From: the human T2T-CHM13v2.0 reference genome, Homo sapiens
Reading direction: 5' to 3' (one strand)
Assembly (NCBI RefSeq): GCF_009914755.1
Contig: NC_060929.1
DNA length: 64,000 nucleotides
The notes under the pieces are model-generated. The model saw nothing but the letters and a program-made list of their open reading frames with translations. It was not told the origin of the DNA and did no database searches. Positions 36,989 to 56,754 of the stretch are shown piece after piece. Numbering within the stretch: position 1 is the first letter of the stretch; each line of letters begins with the position of its first letter. The position numbers and the translations under genes are program-made.

Positions 36989-38124
36989 TCACCTTCCTGG
37001 AAGAAGCCGTCACTACCATGTTCTCAACAACCCCACTGCCCCAGGTGCTTGGAGCTGACTCAAGACGGAGCAGGGCCCAGACCAACAGCAGCCTGGACCC
37101 AGCCCCATGTCTGTTGCAGAGAGGCACTGCCCAAGTCTCCTTTCCTGTCTGCGCTAGTTTCATCATCTTGACAGTAATGCAGACCCTCTGGAAGGGTCTT
37201 TCCAACTGTGAATAGTACGGTAAGATGTTTTCAAACTTGCCCCAGAGGTGGCTCTCCTATGAGAAATGTAACCCCTATGTGCTGAGCAGGCACATTTTCC
37301 ATCAGGACAGCCCAGAAAGGCTGATATCATTACAACAGACATGGGGAGTGAAGCTCCGGGGCTCACAAAGCTGAGGAGGGCAGAGCCAGCTTTTGGACCC
37401 TTCAGGGTCTGGGACACCAAAGCCATGTTTTTAGCCTCTGCGTTTTACTCCCTTTCCAGACTTTTTTCTTCATCCCCTCCCTGAGTTGAGGCCCTGACAA
37501 GAGGAAGAAGCTGTATAGGAGTTGGGGACAAGTTGAGGGTCGTCCATGCCCCCAACACACACCCTGCCTCTGTCCCCAGCCTCTTCCCATCTCTGGCTCC
37601 AGTCCAAAGGCAGCTCCAGCCCACTCAGCCCCACCCAGGTGCCTCTGGGGGGGAAACAAATAACAATAAAATGGTAATAACTTGGGCTAAGCAAGAGCAC
37701 GGGCAACAGCTTTAGTCAATTAACATTCCTTCAGGGTTTGAGGCAGGCCCCCTTCAGCAGCACCTCATAAATGTCAGGAGGGACTTGGAGGCAACTGGAG
37801 TTTCTCTGTGGCCTGGCTAAGGCCAGCTCCCTGAGCTGGGGTTGTCCAAGTGGCTTCTCCAGGGAGACAGGGGTACACACAGCCGTCCAGGGGCTGGAAG
37901 GAAGCCAGAGTGAACACCCTTACTGGGAGCCCGAGTCAGCATCACGTGGGGTGGGGGACAGATTGATGGTGCTAACCAGAGGCCCAAGAACCTTCCTGAT
38001 CCCATCCTGGGATATGGTGGGCCTTTCTGCACTGGGAAGCAGCGGCAAGGCATGGTCAACCCCTCCCTGCTCTGACAAGAGGTAATAAAGCCTCAACCAA
38101 TCTCCTCTCTTTGCCCAACTGCAC

Positions 38125-38570
38125 TGTGGTGGTTAATTTATGTGTCAGCTCAACTAGGCCACAGGGTGCCCAGATATTTGGCTCACCACGATTTCTGGGT
38201 GTGTCTATGAGGGTGTTTCTGGATAAGATTAGCATTTGAATCAGTGGATTGAGTAAGGCAGACTAGCCTCCCCATGTGGGAGGACCTCATCTGATCCACT
38301 GAAGTCCCAAATAGAACAAAAGGCAGAATAAGAAAAAATTTTCTCTCTTTCTGCTGGGATATTAGTTTTGTCCTACCTTCAGACTCAGGCTGGGACTGGA
38401 ACTTACACAATTCATTGGCTCTCCTGGGTCTCAGGCCTTCAGACTCAGGCTGGGCTCCCCTGGGTCTCCAGCTTGCAGCAGATCTGAGGACTGGTCGGCC
38501 TCCAAAAGCATGTGAGCCAATTCCTTATAGCAAATCTCTTTATATGTCTATTTTCTATATCCCTTCTTCC
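38125..38570 (+). mobile_element. MLT2 (D-like) LTR
   Basis: tgtggtggttaatttatgtgtcagctcaactaggccacagggtgcccagatatttgg...gattagcatttgaatcagtggattgagtaaggcagac. Confidence 0.8.
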
Positions 38571-39623
38571 CTTTACTCTGAATGCCCAGTCCATACACCT
38601 TAGCTTGTGGAAGGGATCTCCCCAGTTCCTACTTCCTCCTCCCTCCAAGCTCAGGTTCCCTGATGCCCCAAGGGGGACCCCTCTGATTCCCTCTCATTCC
38701 TCTCCATATTTTTCTTTCATAGCACATCTTAGATTGCATGTCGGTTACTTTCTGTCTCCCCCAGGAGACTGTATGTCCAAGTCAGGGGCAGGGTCTGGCA
38801 TGTGCACTGCTGAGAGCCCACCATAGTGCCTTGAGAATGGGTGAAGAAACAAGGAGACAATGCCCACTTCTGCCTGAAGGCTCCCAGATGCCCAGTGGGA
38901 TGGAGGGTTTCCTGGAGTCCCTGTGTGGTCCCTTTAGGGCAGCCCTTCTCAAAAACCAGAGGATCCCAAACCTGCCAGTGTAACAGAATCTCCTGGGCTG
39001 CTTGTGAAAATGCAGGTTCCTGGATCCACGGCCAGAGATCCCGATGGCTGGGAAGATGCATTTTGGCAAGCACCTTGCAAGATTCCCATGCAGAAGAAAA
39101 GCAGTGGCCCCTGGAGGGTGGGCCTGGAACCTTCTCTGGGTCCTCCCACCTCTGCCATGGTACCCTATCTGGTAGAGGCTTTCTGGAAGATGCATCTCTC
39201 CCGGAGAGATGAGTGGAAAGGATGGGACTGGAAGTCACTGGGGTCTGACATCCAGCTTGAGCTCTGTCCCCAAAGGAGCAGTATGACCCTTGGCAAATTG
39301 CTTCCCCTCTTATTCATAAAATGGGGGATATAATACATATCCCAAGGGCTGTAGCAGGAATAACTGGAATTTTCTGCAGGGCTATAGAGTCATACGTGGT
39401 GTACTATTACTGTATTCACCATTATTGTCACTATCGTAGTGATTGGCAGTTTTGGACAGAATCAAGGAGGGCTTTGAATGCCAGAATGAAAGACGTATAT
39501 TTAGATTTAATGTCACATACGTGTGTTTATTCATTCATTGATTCAACCAGTGTTTACTGAGTTACTACCATGTTTCAGTCCCAGGTTCAGGCCCTGGAGA
39601 TAGAGATACTGCACCTGGCCTGA

Positions 39624-40155
<532 letters not shown>

Positions 40156-40718
40156 GTTGGCCTCTAATTTTAAAAGTTAGTTTAAGCTGAGAACTGAAGA
40201 ATTGAGTGAGAAGTAGTACCCGGATGCTAGGTACTACTTCTCCGTGGACATATGTCCACTGGGACAAGGAGCCAGTCCTGGTCGGCTTGGCCCATTCACC
40301 AGGAGGAACACCAATTCCGAGGAGGAACTGAAGGTGCTTCCAGAAGTGATCATCTGGGTGAAAGGTGACTTGGGAGTGCAAGAGCTTGAGGGAGGAGGAG
40401 ACAGAAGTCCAGAGACGGTTAAGACCAAAGCAAGGTTACACCGCAAATAACAGCCAAGCTGGAGTCAGAACACAGCCTACAGGCCCCTGCCTAATGCTCT
40501 TCCCATTCTCCCAGGAAACCTCACCATGTGTCTGTTCTTGGCTTGCTGCTGCTCTGTTCACATCCTGAGGGACGCTGGGATTAGGGCCAGCCAGGCCTGG
40601 GATCAGAGGGCAGTGAAACACAGATACCAGCTCCATTTCTGAGAAGAGCAGATGTTCTAGCATGGAGGGTGGTCAGAGTGCAGGGGACAAATGGTCATAA
40701 TATAAAAAGCTGTTGAGA

Positions 40719-40943
40719 GGACAGGCACAGTGGCTCACACCCATCATCCCAGCAATTTGGGAGACTGAGGCAGGAGGATCAAAGGAGCCCAGGAGTTCAA
40801 GACCAGCCTGGTGAACATAGGGAGACACCATCTCCACAAAAAAAAAAAAAAAATTTTTTTTTAAATTAGCTGCGGTGACCTGTAATCATGCCACTGCATT
40901 CCAACCTGGATAACAGACCAAGACCCTGTCTCAAAAAAAAAAA
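40719..40943 (+). mobile_element. AluJ with an internal right-arm deletion
   Basis: Left arm, A15T9 linker, then cctgtaat jumps directly to catgccactgca. Confidence 0.8.
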
Positions 40944-41259
40944 CAAGCAACAACAAAATAACTGTCAAGGACCAGAAGCCACTAGAGGACCGAGGTGGAG
41001 TCTGAGCTTGCTTTGTATTCCCCTTTGCCCAACAGACACGCACAGAACTCACTTGGGGCTGGACAGGTGAGACATGTAGAGGTTAAATGCGTGTTGACTG
41101 ACAAACTTGTTGTCTTGACCGGACTTCACAGACTTCACCTATGGAGTGCTCAGCCATGCTTGGTGGGTGGAAGTCAGTATCTCCCCTGTCCCAGCAGATC
41201 CACTTTGGGGAACCCGGGAGAGTGGGGGGATTTCTCCCAGCCGGTGTGTTTGAGACATC

Positions 41260-41576
41260 AAGACCACCAGCGACCTCATAGCTGCCTCCGGCTGGCGCCA
41301 CCTGCGCAGGCAGGCGTGAGCTGGGCGCTGACAGCTCCCATCAGGTTGGGGCGGTGGACACCGAGGCAGGAACCAAGTGCCGCGGAGACAGAGGTCGCGC
41401 TCCTGGAGGTTGGGCACCTGTAGGAGCCCTAGCACCACCACGAGCCGCCTTGGACCACGCAGCTGCCAAGGTCCTGCGGCCGTTCCCGGCGCCTGGAGTC
41501 TGGGCATTGCAGGAGAGCGCCCCTGGAAGGCTCGCGGCCCCTTGCGAAACAGACGCGCGTGTTAAAAGCTGGCGTG
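41260..41576. promoter_or_regulatory. Small CpG-rich non-repeat patch
   Basis: CpG cluster (gctggcgccacctgcgcagg; ctgcggccgttcccggcgcc; gacgcgcgtg). Confidence 0.5.
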
Positions 41577-42038
<462 letters not shown>

Positions 42039-42064
42039 TTAAAGGAGGAAGTTAAGATACCTTT

Positions 42065-42368
42065 ATTTTCCTTTTCCCTCCCTCCCTCCCGCTCTTCCTC
42101 CCTCCCTTTCTTAAACCTTGCTTTATTACTTGTCTTTCTTTTTCTCCTTCCCTCCCTCCCTTCCTTCCTTTCTTCCTTCCCTCTCTTCTCTCCCTCCCTC
42201 CATCCTTCCTCCCTCCCTCCCTTCCCTCCATCCTTCCTCCCTCCCTCCCTTCCCTCCTTCCTTCCTTTCTTCCTTCCTTCCTTCTTTCTCCTCCCTCCCT
42301 CCCTCCTTCTTCCTTCCCTCCTCCCTCCCTCCTTCCTTCTTTCCCTTCTCCCTCCCTCTTTCCCTCCT
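42065..42368 (+). repeat. CT-rich (CCTT/CCCT)n polypyrimidine tract
   Basis: Almost pure pyrimidine strand at about 42133-42368, ending in an antisense Alu head fragment (42369-42416). Confidence 0.92.
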
Positions 42369-42694
42369 AGCCTCCCAAAGTGCTGGGATTACAGGCATGA
42401 GCCACCACACCTGGCTAACCAATCTTTTATTGATGGATGTTTAAGCAGCTTCCAATATTTTCTTATAAACAATATTGTAATGAGCATCTTTCATTACACA
42501 AGGATAAGTTCTCAAAGGGCAACCTTTAGGTTGAAGAGGTGACAACCTCCAGGTGCCATAGCACATTAAATTTTGATACATATTGCTAAATTGCTGCCCA
42601 GGCAAGTTTTACTCATTCCCACTCCCTACACCTCCCTCCAAGCAATGTATGGAGCATCTATTTTTCCACTCACTCACAAACACTTGGAATTGTC

Positions 42695-45100
<2,406 letters not shown>

Positions 45101-45564
45101 TATGATTAATTATTATTGCTGGATTTCAACAAAGCTATTGGTTTTTTCCATGTTGAGCTCATAGCTTAGCTCTTGCTGAAATCTCTAATTGGTTTTAAAG
45201 GTTTGTGTCATTAATTCTCTTCTGTTTTTAAGACCTCTGATCCTATCATTGACAAATAGAGTTTTCTATCTTCCTTTCAAAGATTTACACTTTTTTTCTT
45301 TTTCTTGTTTTATTACATTAGCTAAGACCTCCAATATAATGTTGGGTAGAAGCAATAATAGTGAGAATCCTGTTTTTTCCTGACATGCATGTGTATCCTT
45401 ATAAGTTATGAAATATGATTGTAAATACACTATTCTCACTTTTATCTTACTCTTTAAAATCAACTTTCAGTATTCTGAAAACCACCTTCCTTTTTTTATC
45501 CAATAATTCTCTCTTGATACTAATTTACACAGGGAATGATGGAAATGAGGGAGTATGCTAAAAC

Positions 45565-45927
45565 AAATAGAAACTTCTGCAATAATAGAAATATTCTACG
45601 TGTGTGCTGTCCAATATCATAGCCACATGTGGCTATTGAGCATTTGAAATGTGGCAGTACAACCAAGGAACTGAATGTTAAACTTTATTTAATTTAAATT
45701 TAAATTTACAAACTTATATTTGATTCAGTTATTGGAAAACTTTTAAGTATGCTTGGAACAACTAGGGTATGTAAGCTATTTTTCAAATGTAACTTTTATC
45801 ATATAAATACTGATCAAGTGTTTCTAGTGAAAATTTAGTGTCCAATTGAGGTGTGTTGTAAGTACAAAATACAAACCAGATTTCAAAGATTTGGTTCCAA
45901 AAAAAGGAGGTAAAATAGCTCAGTAAT
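45565..45927. mobile_element. hAT-Charlie element (MER3/MER33/Charlie5 family), left part
   Basis: tgctgtccaat...agccacatgtggctattgagcatttgaaatgtggc...gaactgaat; continues after the provirus. Confidence 0.7.
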
Positions 45928-46952
45928 TGAAGGGGTGGCCTGCCCCTCCACACATGCGGGTATATCGCACCAGGTGGGACAAGAGACTGAGAAAAGAAAT
46001 AAGACACAGAGGCAAAGTATAGAGAAACAACAGTGGGCCCAGGAAACCGGCACTCAGCATACGGGGGACCTGCACTGGCACCGGTCTCTGAGTTCCCTCA
46101 GTTTTTATTGATTATTATTTTTATTATTTTAGTCAAAGGAATGCGGTAGGAGAGCAGGGTGATAATAAGGAGAACGTCAGCAAAAAAAACATGTGAGCAA
46201 AAGAATCTATGTCATAATTAAATTTAAGGGGAGGTACTATGCCTGGATGTGCACGTAGGCCAGATTTATGTTTCTCTCTGCCCAAACATCTCAGTGGAGT
46301 AAAGAATAACAAGGCAGCATTGCTGCCAACATGTCTCGCCTCCCGCCATAGGGTGGTTTTTCTCCCATCTCAGAATTGAACAAATGTACAATCGGGTTTT
46401 ATACCGAGACATTCGGTTCGCAGGGGCAGGCAGGAGACAGTGGCCTTCGTCCATCTCAAGTGCAAGAGGCTTTCCTCTTTTACTAATCCACCTCAGCACA
46501 GACCTTTTACGGGTGTCGGGCTGGGGGACGGTCAGGTCTTTCTCATCCCACGAGGCTATATTTCAGACTATCACATGGGGAGAAACATTGGACCATACCC
46601 AGCTTTTCAGGGCAGAGGTCCCTGTGGCTTTTCACAGTGCATTGTGCCCCTGGTTTATTGAGACTAGAGAATGGCGATGACTTTTACCAAGCATACTGCC
46701 TGTAAACATTTTGTTAACAAGGCACATCCTGCACAGCCCTAGATCCCTTAAACCTTGATTTCATGCAAGACATGTTTTTGTGAGCTCAAGGTTGGGGCAA
46801 AATGGCTGGGGCAAAGTGGCTGGGGCAATGTTACAAATTAACAACATCTCAGCAAAGCAATTGTTTAAGGTGTAGGTCAAAATGGAATCTCTTACGTCTT
46901 CCCTTTCTACATAGATACAGTAACAGTCTGATCTCACTTTCTTTTCCCTACA
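45928..46952 (-). repeat. HML-2 3' LTR (1025 bp)
   Basis: Minus strand TGTAGGGAAAAG...CCCCTTCA; AATAAA at 46104-09; preceded by the PPT AAAAAGAAAAGGGGGATA (46953-70). Confidence 0.95.
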
Positions 46953-46989
46953 TATCCCCCTTTTCTTTTTGACAAAACCGCCATCATCA

Positions 46990-47046
46990 TCATGTCCCGT
47001 TCTCGCCGGTCGCTGTGTCTCCGAAGCTGCTGGATACACCTGTAGA
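46990..47046 (-). CDS. Rec last coding exon (18 codons plus stop), open
   Basis: Acceptor TCTCTCTGTTGTTAG|TCT ACA GGT...; translates [18 protein letters not shown], homologous to Rec SAGVPNSSEETATIENGP*. Confidence 0.55.
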   Translation of the reverse strand, partial: STGVSSSFGDTATGENGT

Positions 47047-48899
47047 CTAACAACAGAGAGAACAGACATACAAGGATTAATACAAAATTTGCAATAGTGG
47101 AATTTTCAGTGGTTTTAACCCAAGTGACAGGGTTAAGATTTGTGAGGCTATCAACAGCTTTTACCATTGCCTCAGTTTCTGGCACCAGATTTAACTGGGC
47201 TTTTGATGCCTCAAAAATTTGTTCTTTTAATTTTGAAATATTTAAAGTAAGATTATCTTCTCTTTTTTGTAAATGGCATCTAACCGTGTCCCAGTGATGT
47301 TCAGATTTATTATAGGCTCGAGGTGTAATACAAAAATCTGATGTATTCCAGTCACACTGTAACTGAAAAAGATATTTCAGGCTCATGAGCCTATCTCCCA
47401 TCCAAATGACAGTTGTCTAAGATCATTAATTTGGCTTGCCAATTTTTGATCTATTTGAGTCTGAGAATTTCACAATTTTGAGGAATTCTTTTGCCAATTA
47501 TTTACATATTTTGCAGCTTGAACAGAGCAGTGTAAAGCAATTCCAGCAGCCACAGCAGTAGCTGTGATTGCAATAAGATCCATAATCACTGCAATTGAAG
47601 TAAAAATGAATCTTTTGGATCTAGTTAGAACTCCTTTTAATACTTCTATTAAAATATGGACAGATGGGGAAGCCTCCCATGGTCGGTCCGTGGACACAGG
47701 GATCCACACACCCTCTTTTGCCCTCACTAGCAGAATATGGTGCTGCCAATCAAAAGTTGAATCAATACAAGTAAACAATCTACAATTTTCACAGGTTATA
47801 GTTTTGGAATCTGGTTTAATAACTATGTTTCCCACAACTAGCATATAAGGGGGTTTTACACAACTTTGCAAAGGAATTGTCAGATTGGAATTTAGGTCGA
47901 TAGTATAATATGGCTTACAATTTCTTGTTTCCATAACTTGATTTCCAGACCAAATTCTAATGCGGTGCGAGGCCACAGTGAGCTTCCATAATTTTGAGTG
48001 TTCAGGACCAGTAACAAGACTAACTAACTTTGGTTGGGGTGATGAAATTCCCTTTTCACCCCATTTCCATGGATAGGGTGATTCTAACCTTATATAAACC
48101 TGGTCTAGCCTTTCAGTCAAATCACTATCATAGGCCAGATTAGTGGGCCAGACAGATGGAGCCTGTGAATATGAGTGAGTCTAGCCCATACAATCATACT
48201 ATAATTGTCCTCAAGGGGCCCAGTCTATAATAGTTCCAAATTTATTGTTTTGTAATACCACCGCAGTATCAGCCACACATTCTTCCCAAACTAAGACTTT
48301 TGGGTCTTTTGATTCTTTGGGAATTTCCTTGGGGCAAGTTTTTTCTTTAGGCTTAAATTTTAATGATCTTTGATAAGAAGAGTCCTGTAAATTATTCATT
48401 TGTGACCCGAGCGACATTCCACTTACCATGTAATAAGTAAATTTACTGGTGGCACTGACAGTAGGTACTTCTACCAACCAATTTTTGGGTTGTAGGCCTT
48501 AAGCATCCTGGTGCTTTCCCCAGGCAAATAGGAGGATAATGATACCCAATGGAAATGTTTATCATCATTTCTTCTTCTTTAGGTTGGACAGGGCCATGGT
48601 CATCTGTGGGGCCTGGTACTCATGCACTATTATTAACATATACTTCAATAGGATTATCTATCCAAGTGACTGCCGGAATTAAGGGTGGGAAAGGCACATA
48701 GGCCCAGTAAGTATAATTAGCTGCAGCTGCTCCTGCAGACATAGGGAGACTTACCACTGTTGATACAATCATTAAAGCTGGAAGCAGCATATTCTCTGGA
48801 GTTTTTGTTACCCTTGTGTTTTTCAGGCTTTTTTCAGTTAACTCTGTCAGCTTCTTTTGTTGGGCCCAGGTCGGCTGCTCCGCTTTCTTGGTGGATGGC

Positions 48900-51620
<2,721 letters not shown>

Positions 51621-53605
51621 ATCAAATTTAGAATGACATTCCTTAGCCCAGTGTTTTCCTCTTTCACATTATGGACACAGGCCAGGTGGCTCTTTATTTT
51701 TACTCTGTTTATTTAAGACTGGGCAATTCTTTTTTAGATGACCAATTTGACCACAATTATAACATTTCCCCCCAAATGTTCTAACTTGTCCTCCTAAAGC
51801 AACCCCCGTAATTGCTTGAGCCAATAGCATTGCCTTATGCATAGCTCCTCCAATCCCATCACAAGCCTTCACATATTCTGTAATTACATCAACTCCTGCT
51901 GGAACATTTTCTCTTAATGGCTTTATGGCTGATTGACATTCTGGATTTGTATTTTGATAAGCCATTATTTCTACAACAACTTTTCAGGCGTTATCATCTG
52001 CAATAGATTTTTGAGCGGCATCTTGCAACCTTGCCACGAAGTCTGGATATGGCTCTTAGAGCCTTGTCTGATTGAACTAAAAGAATGGCAGGAGGTTCCT
52101 GGGTCCTGAATTTTTTTCCCAAGCCCTGAGGCAAATAGTCCTTAGTTGTTCAATAGCCTCATTCTGCATTACTGATTGTTGGTTAATAGTGCTCCAATTT
52201 GGACCTGTTCCTAGCAATTGGTCTGCATCTATATTAACAGCAGGATAAGTAGCCTGATTTTTCCTTACCTGTTCTTGTACTCCATCAGTCCACCAGGTTT
52301 TAAACTGTAGAAACTGAGAGGGTGAAAGGGAAGACTTAGCCAAAATTTCCCAATCATAAGGAATAAGTCTATTTCCATGAGCAATGGAATCTAATAATGT
52401 TCTCATATAAGGAGAGTTGGGTCCATATTGTTTAACTCCTTCCTTCATATCTTTTAACATTTTCAGGGTGAAAGATTCATATCTAATCTCAGTTTGGACA
52501 GAGGCTCCTGCTTGACTCCCTTTCCCAGCCAGTATCGGTTGTAAAATTACCGGGTACTGCCATGCCTCAAGATCTCCCTGTTTTCTGGCTAATGGTTTTA
52601 TGCAGTGTACTATCTTGTACACTAGCTGGTGCTGTAGGATCAAACGCCATCGCTGTGGGTTGCTGATATAGTGCCCTGCTATTTGGGACAGGACACCCCG
52701 CCTGAGATCTATACTGAACCTCTGGAAGCAGCTGATACTGAAATTTGACTGGCGGCCAGTATTGATAAACTACCAGTGGTTGGGTTTTATTTTCTACCAG
52801 CTGATATTGTGGATACTGTGTCTGGATTGGCATTGCCGGGATAGAGACTCTATCCTTTTCTACTTGATATTCTCTTGCAGTTTGTACTTGTCTAACCTGC
52901 ATTTGAGGTTGTAATGTCACAGGCATCTGAACCGCAGGAGGAGGAGTTGATGGCCGTCGTGGTTTAAACTCTGATGACCCAAATAATTCTGGACCTCCTT
53001 CTGCCAATTTTGATGATTCAGGATATATTACCTCCTGTAATTGATTATAGTCAACAATTTTGCATTGACCGAGCCATTACAGACTCTGCTACATTTTTAC
53101 AATGTGAACTTTCCATTCCTTTCTTGAACTCTGTTCCTGCCTCTTCTTCACAATCTATTACACAGCTCTCAGGGGCATCAGAAACTGAAACACTATCTTC
53201 TTCTATTTGAAACGGTTCTAAAGTTGCTTTAATAATGGCCCAGTCATTCCATACTGTAAGTGGGATGATTTTACCTTCCCTACTTGCTTGTTTTAATTCT
53301 TTGCCAATTTTTTCCCAATCTTTTAAATATAAAGTTCCCTGTTCTGGAAACCATGGGCAGAATTGTTCTATTGTTTGAAATAGCATAATTAGATTTTCTG
53401 TAGAAGCTTTAACTCCCCCTCTTCTTAAGATAATTTTAATGAAGCTGAGATAAGAGGCATATTTACTTTCAGCTTGCCCCATTGTTACCCTGGATTCCTC
53501 CGAGCACACAAGCTTACCGCAAGGTTGACCGTGGACGTACTTGGGAATCTCTCATCAGCTGTTCTCAATGCTCACGTTCTTAGCATACCTTCACCCTAGA
53601 GAAAG

Positions 53606-53626
53606 GCCCCTAGAGATTGGGCGCCA
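53606..53626 (-). other. tRNA-Lys primer-binding site, disrupted
   Basis: TGGCGCCCAA-TCTCTA-GGGGC versus the expected TGGCGCCCAA-CGT-GGGGC. The major splice donor GCG|GTAAGC is intact at 53517. Confidence 0.85.
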
Positions 53627-53628
53627 GA

Positions 53629-54638
53629 TGAAGGGGTGGCCCACCCCTCCACACCTGTGGGTATATCTCACCAGGTGGGACAAGAGACTGAGAAAAGAAA
53701 TAAGACACAGAGGCAAAGTATAGAGAAACAACAGTGGGCCTAGGAGACCGACACTCAGCATACGGAGGGCCTGCACCAGCACTGGTCTTTGAGTTCCCTC
53801 AGTTTTTATTGATTATTATTTTCATTATTTTAGCCAAAGGAATGTGGTAGGAGAGCAGGGTGATAATAAGGAGAAGGTCAGCAAAAAAACATGTGAGCAA
53901 AAGAATCTATGTCATAATTAAGTTCAAGGAGAGGTACTATGCCTGGATGTGCACATAGGCCAGATTTATGTTTCTCTCTGCCCAAACATCTCAGTGGAGT
54001 AAAGAATAACAAGGCAGCATTGCTGCCAACATGTCTCGTCTCCCACCATAGGGTGGTTTTTCTCCCATCTCAGAATTGAACAAATGTACAATCAGGTTTT
54101 ATACCGAGACATTCGGTTCCCAGGGGCAGGCAGGAGACAGTGGCCTTCCTCTATCTCAAGTGCAAGAGGCTTTCCTCTTTTACTAATCCACCTCAGCACA
54201 GACTTTTTACAGGTGTCGGGCTGGGGGACGGTCAGGTCTTTCTCATCCCACGAGGCCATATTTCAGACTATCACATGGGGAGAAACGTTGGACCATACCC
54301 AGCTTTTCAGGACAGAGGTCCCTGTGGCTTTTCGCAGTGCATTGTGCCCCTGGTTTATTGAGACTAGAGAATGGCGATGACTTTTACCAAGCATACTGCC
54401 TGTAAACATTTTGTTAACAAGGCACATCCTGCACAGCCCTAGATCCCTTAAACCTTCATTCCATACAACACATGTTTTTGTGAGCTCAAGGTTGGGGCAA
54501 AGTGGCTGGGGCAATGTTACAAATTAACAACATCTCAGCAAAGCAATTGTTTAAGGTACAGGTCAAAATAGAATCTCTTATGTTTTCCTTTTCTACATAG
54601 ATACAGCAACAGTCTGATCTCTCTTTCTTTTCCCTAAA
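53629..54638 (-). repeat. HML-2 5' LTR (1010 bp)
   Basis: Direct repeat of 45928-46952; terminal TGT mutated to TTT; AATAAA at 53805-10. Confidence 0.95.
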
Positions 54639-54806
54639 AGTAATGATTTTATATTGATTACATGTTAAAATGTAATATTTTTATATAGTAGATGAAATAT
54701 CTTATTAAAATTACTTTCACTTGTTTGCTTTTATGATTCCTAATGTGGTTATTAGAATATTTAAAATTACATTTGTGATTGCCTTTATATTTCCCTTGGA
54801 CAGTAT
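54639..54806. mobile_element. hAT-Charlie element (MER33/Charlie5 family), right part
   Basis: ttttatattgattacatgtt...aaaattacat...tatatttcccttggacagta, a MER33-type end. Confidence 0.7.
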
Positions 54807-54910
54807 TTTAGAGAATGCAGTGGTGAGAGGAACCAGCCTCCCTGAACTTGAGGTCATGGCCCTGTGACTTAGACCAGGCCTCTCATCCTCTCTGAACTTT
54901 GGTCGCTTTG

Positions 54911-54943
<33 letters not shown>

Positions 54944-55322
54944 CAGAGATAAATCTGCCCCTGTACATCCTCTCAGTGCTATTGTGAGAATCAAATCAAA
55001 TAATGCACACAAAGCTGTTTTATAGGCTGTAAGAATAATTAAGAGCAACAATTGCGTATTTTTAGCTTTTGCTAGGAGCCAGGCTCAGTGCTAAGTGACT
55101 CCACGCATTTCTCTCACAGGCCCTATGAGGCAGGTACCAGTACTACTCCCATTTTGCACATGAGGAAACTGAGTCTGAAAGAGGCTGAGTGACCTGCCCC
55201 TTGGCCCACAGCCAGAATGTGGCACTGCCAGGATCCCAAATCAGGCTGACTGAGTCGAGTGCCCACATCCTCAACCCACAGCACACCAAAGGGAAAAAAA
55301 AAAACAAAAACCAACCTACCTA

Positions 55323-55656
<334 letters not shown>

Positions 55657-55879
55657 GCCGGACCCCAACTCCCAATCGATCTCAGAATCACAGACATCTG
55701 CCCACAGTTTTGCAGGTACTGGAGTGCTCTGCTGAGGAGGGTCAGCTGTGGGTCCATCCACACTCCAGCTAATAAGCCTGGGCAGGCCTGTCAACCTCTC
55801 TAAGCTTCCTCTAAAGAGTTAAAGCACTCACCCTCTGCTGGTAATTAAATGAGATAATGCCTAGAAAAGTGTTAGCACA

Positions 55880-56525
<646 letters not shown>

Positions 56526-56754
56526 GGGAATAACAATTTTTAATTGTGGCCTTTCCTCCTTCCAACGTGACACCAAATACCAACTGTGTGGTTTGGACAC
56601 CTTGCTCAATCTTTTGGTTCCTGGGTTTTTTTGTTTTTTGTTTGTTTGTTTTGTAAACAGGGATGAAGGTAGCTTCCGCCTCAGGATTTTGCATGTGGGT
56701 TATTTGAGAGTAGGATACTCCTAGATACAGTCAATACTGAACAAATTTGGTCAT

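Noticed and set aside
38376-38454. Direct repeat CCTTCAGACTCAGGCTGGG twice
   Set aside because: Lies within an MLT2 LTR, which normally carries such internal repeats; not CRISPR-like.
41290-41310. CTCF-like TGCGCAGGTGGCGCC on the minus strand
   Set aside because: Lacks the 5' CCA of the core, so too weak to call.
42118-42444. Pro/Ser-rich and Glu/Gly/Arg-rich ORFs on both strands
   Set aside because: Produced by the low-complexity CT tract.
46761-47069. Open Np9-like frame ([25 protein letters not shown])
   Set aside because: The provirus is type 2 (pol-env segment present), and I see no np9-type GT donor after the first ~15 env codons, so an Np9 product is not supported.
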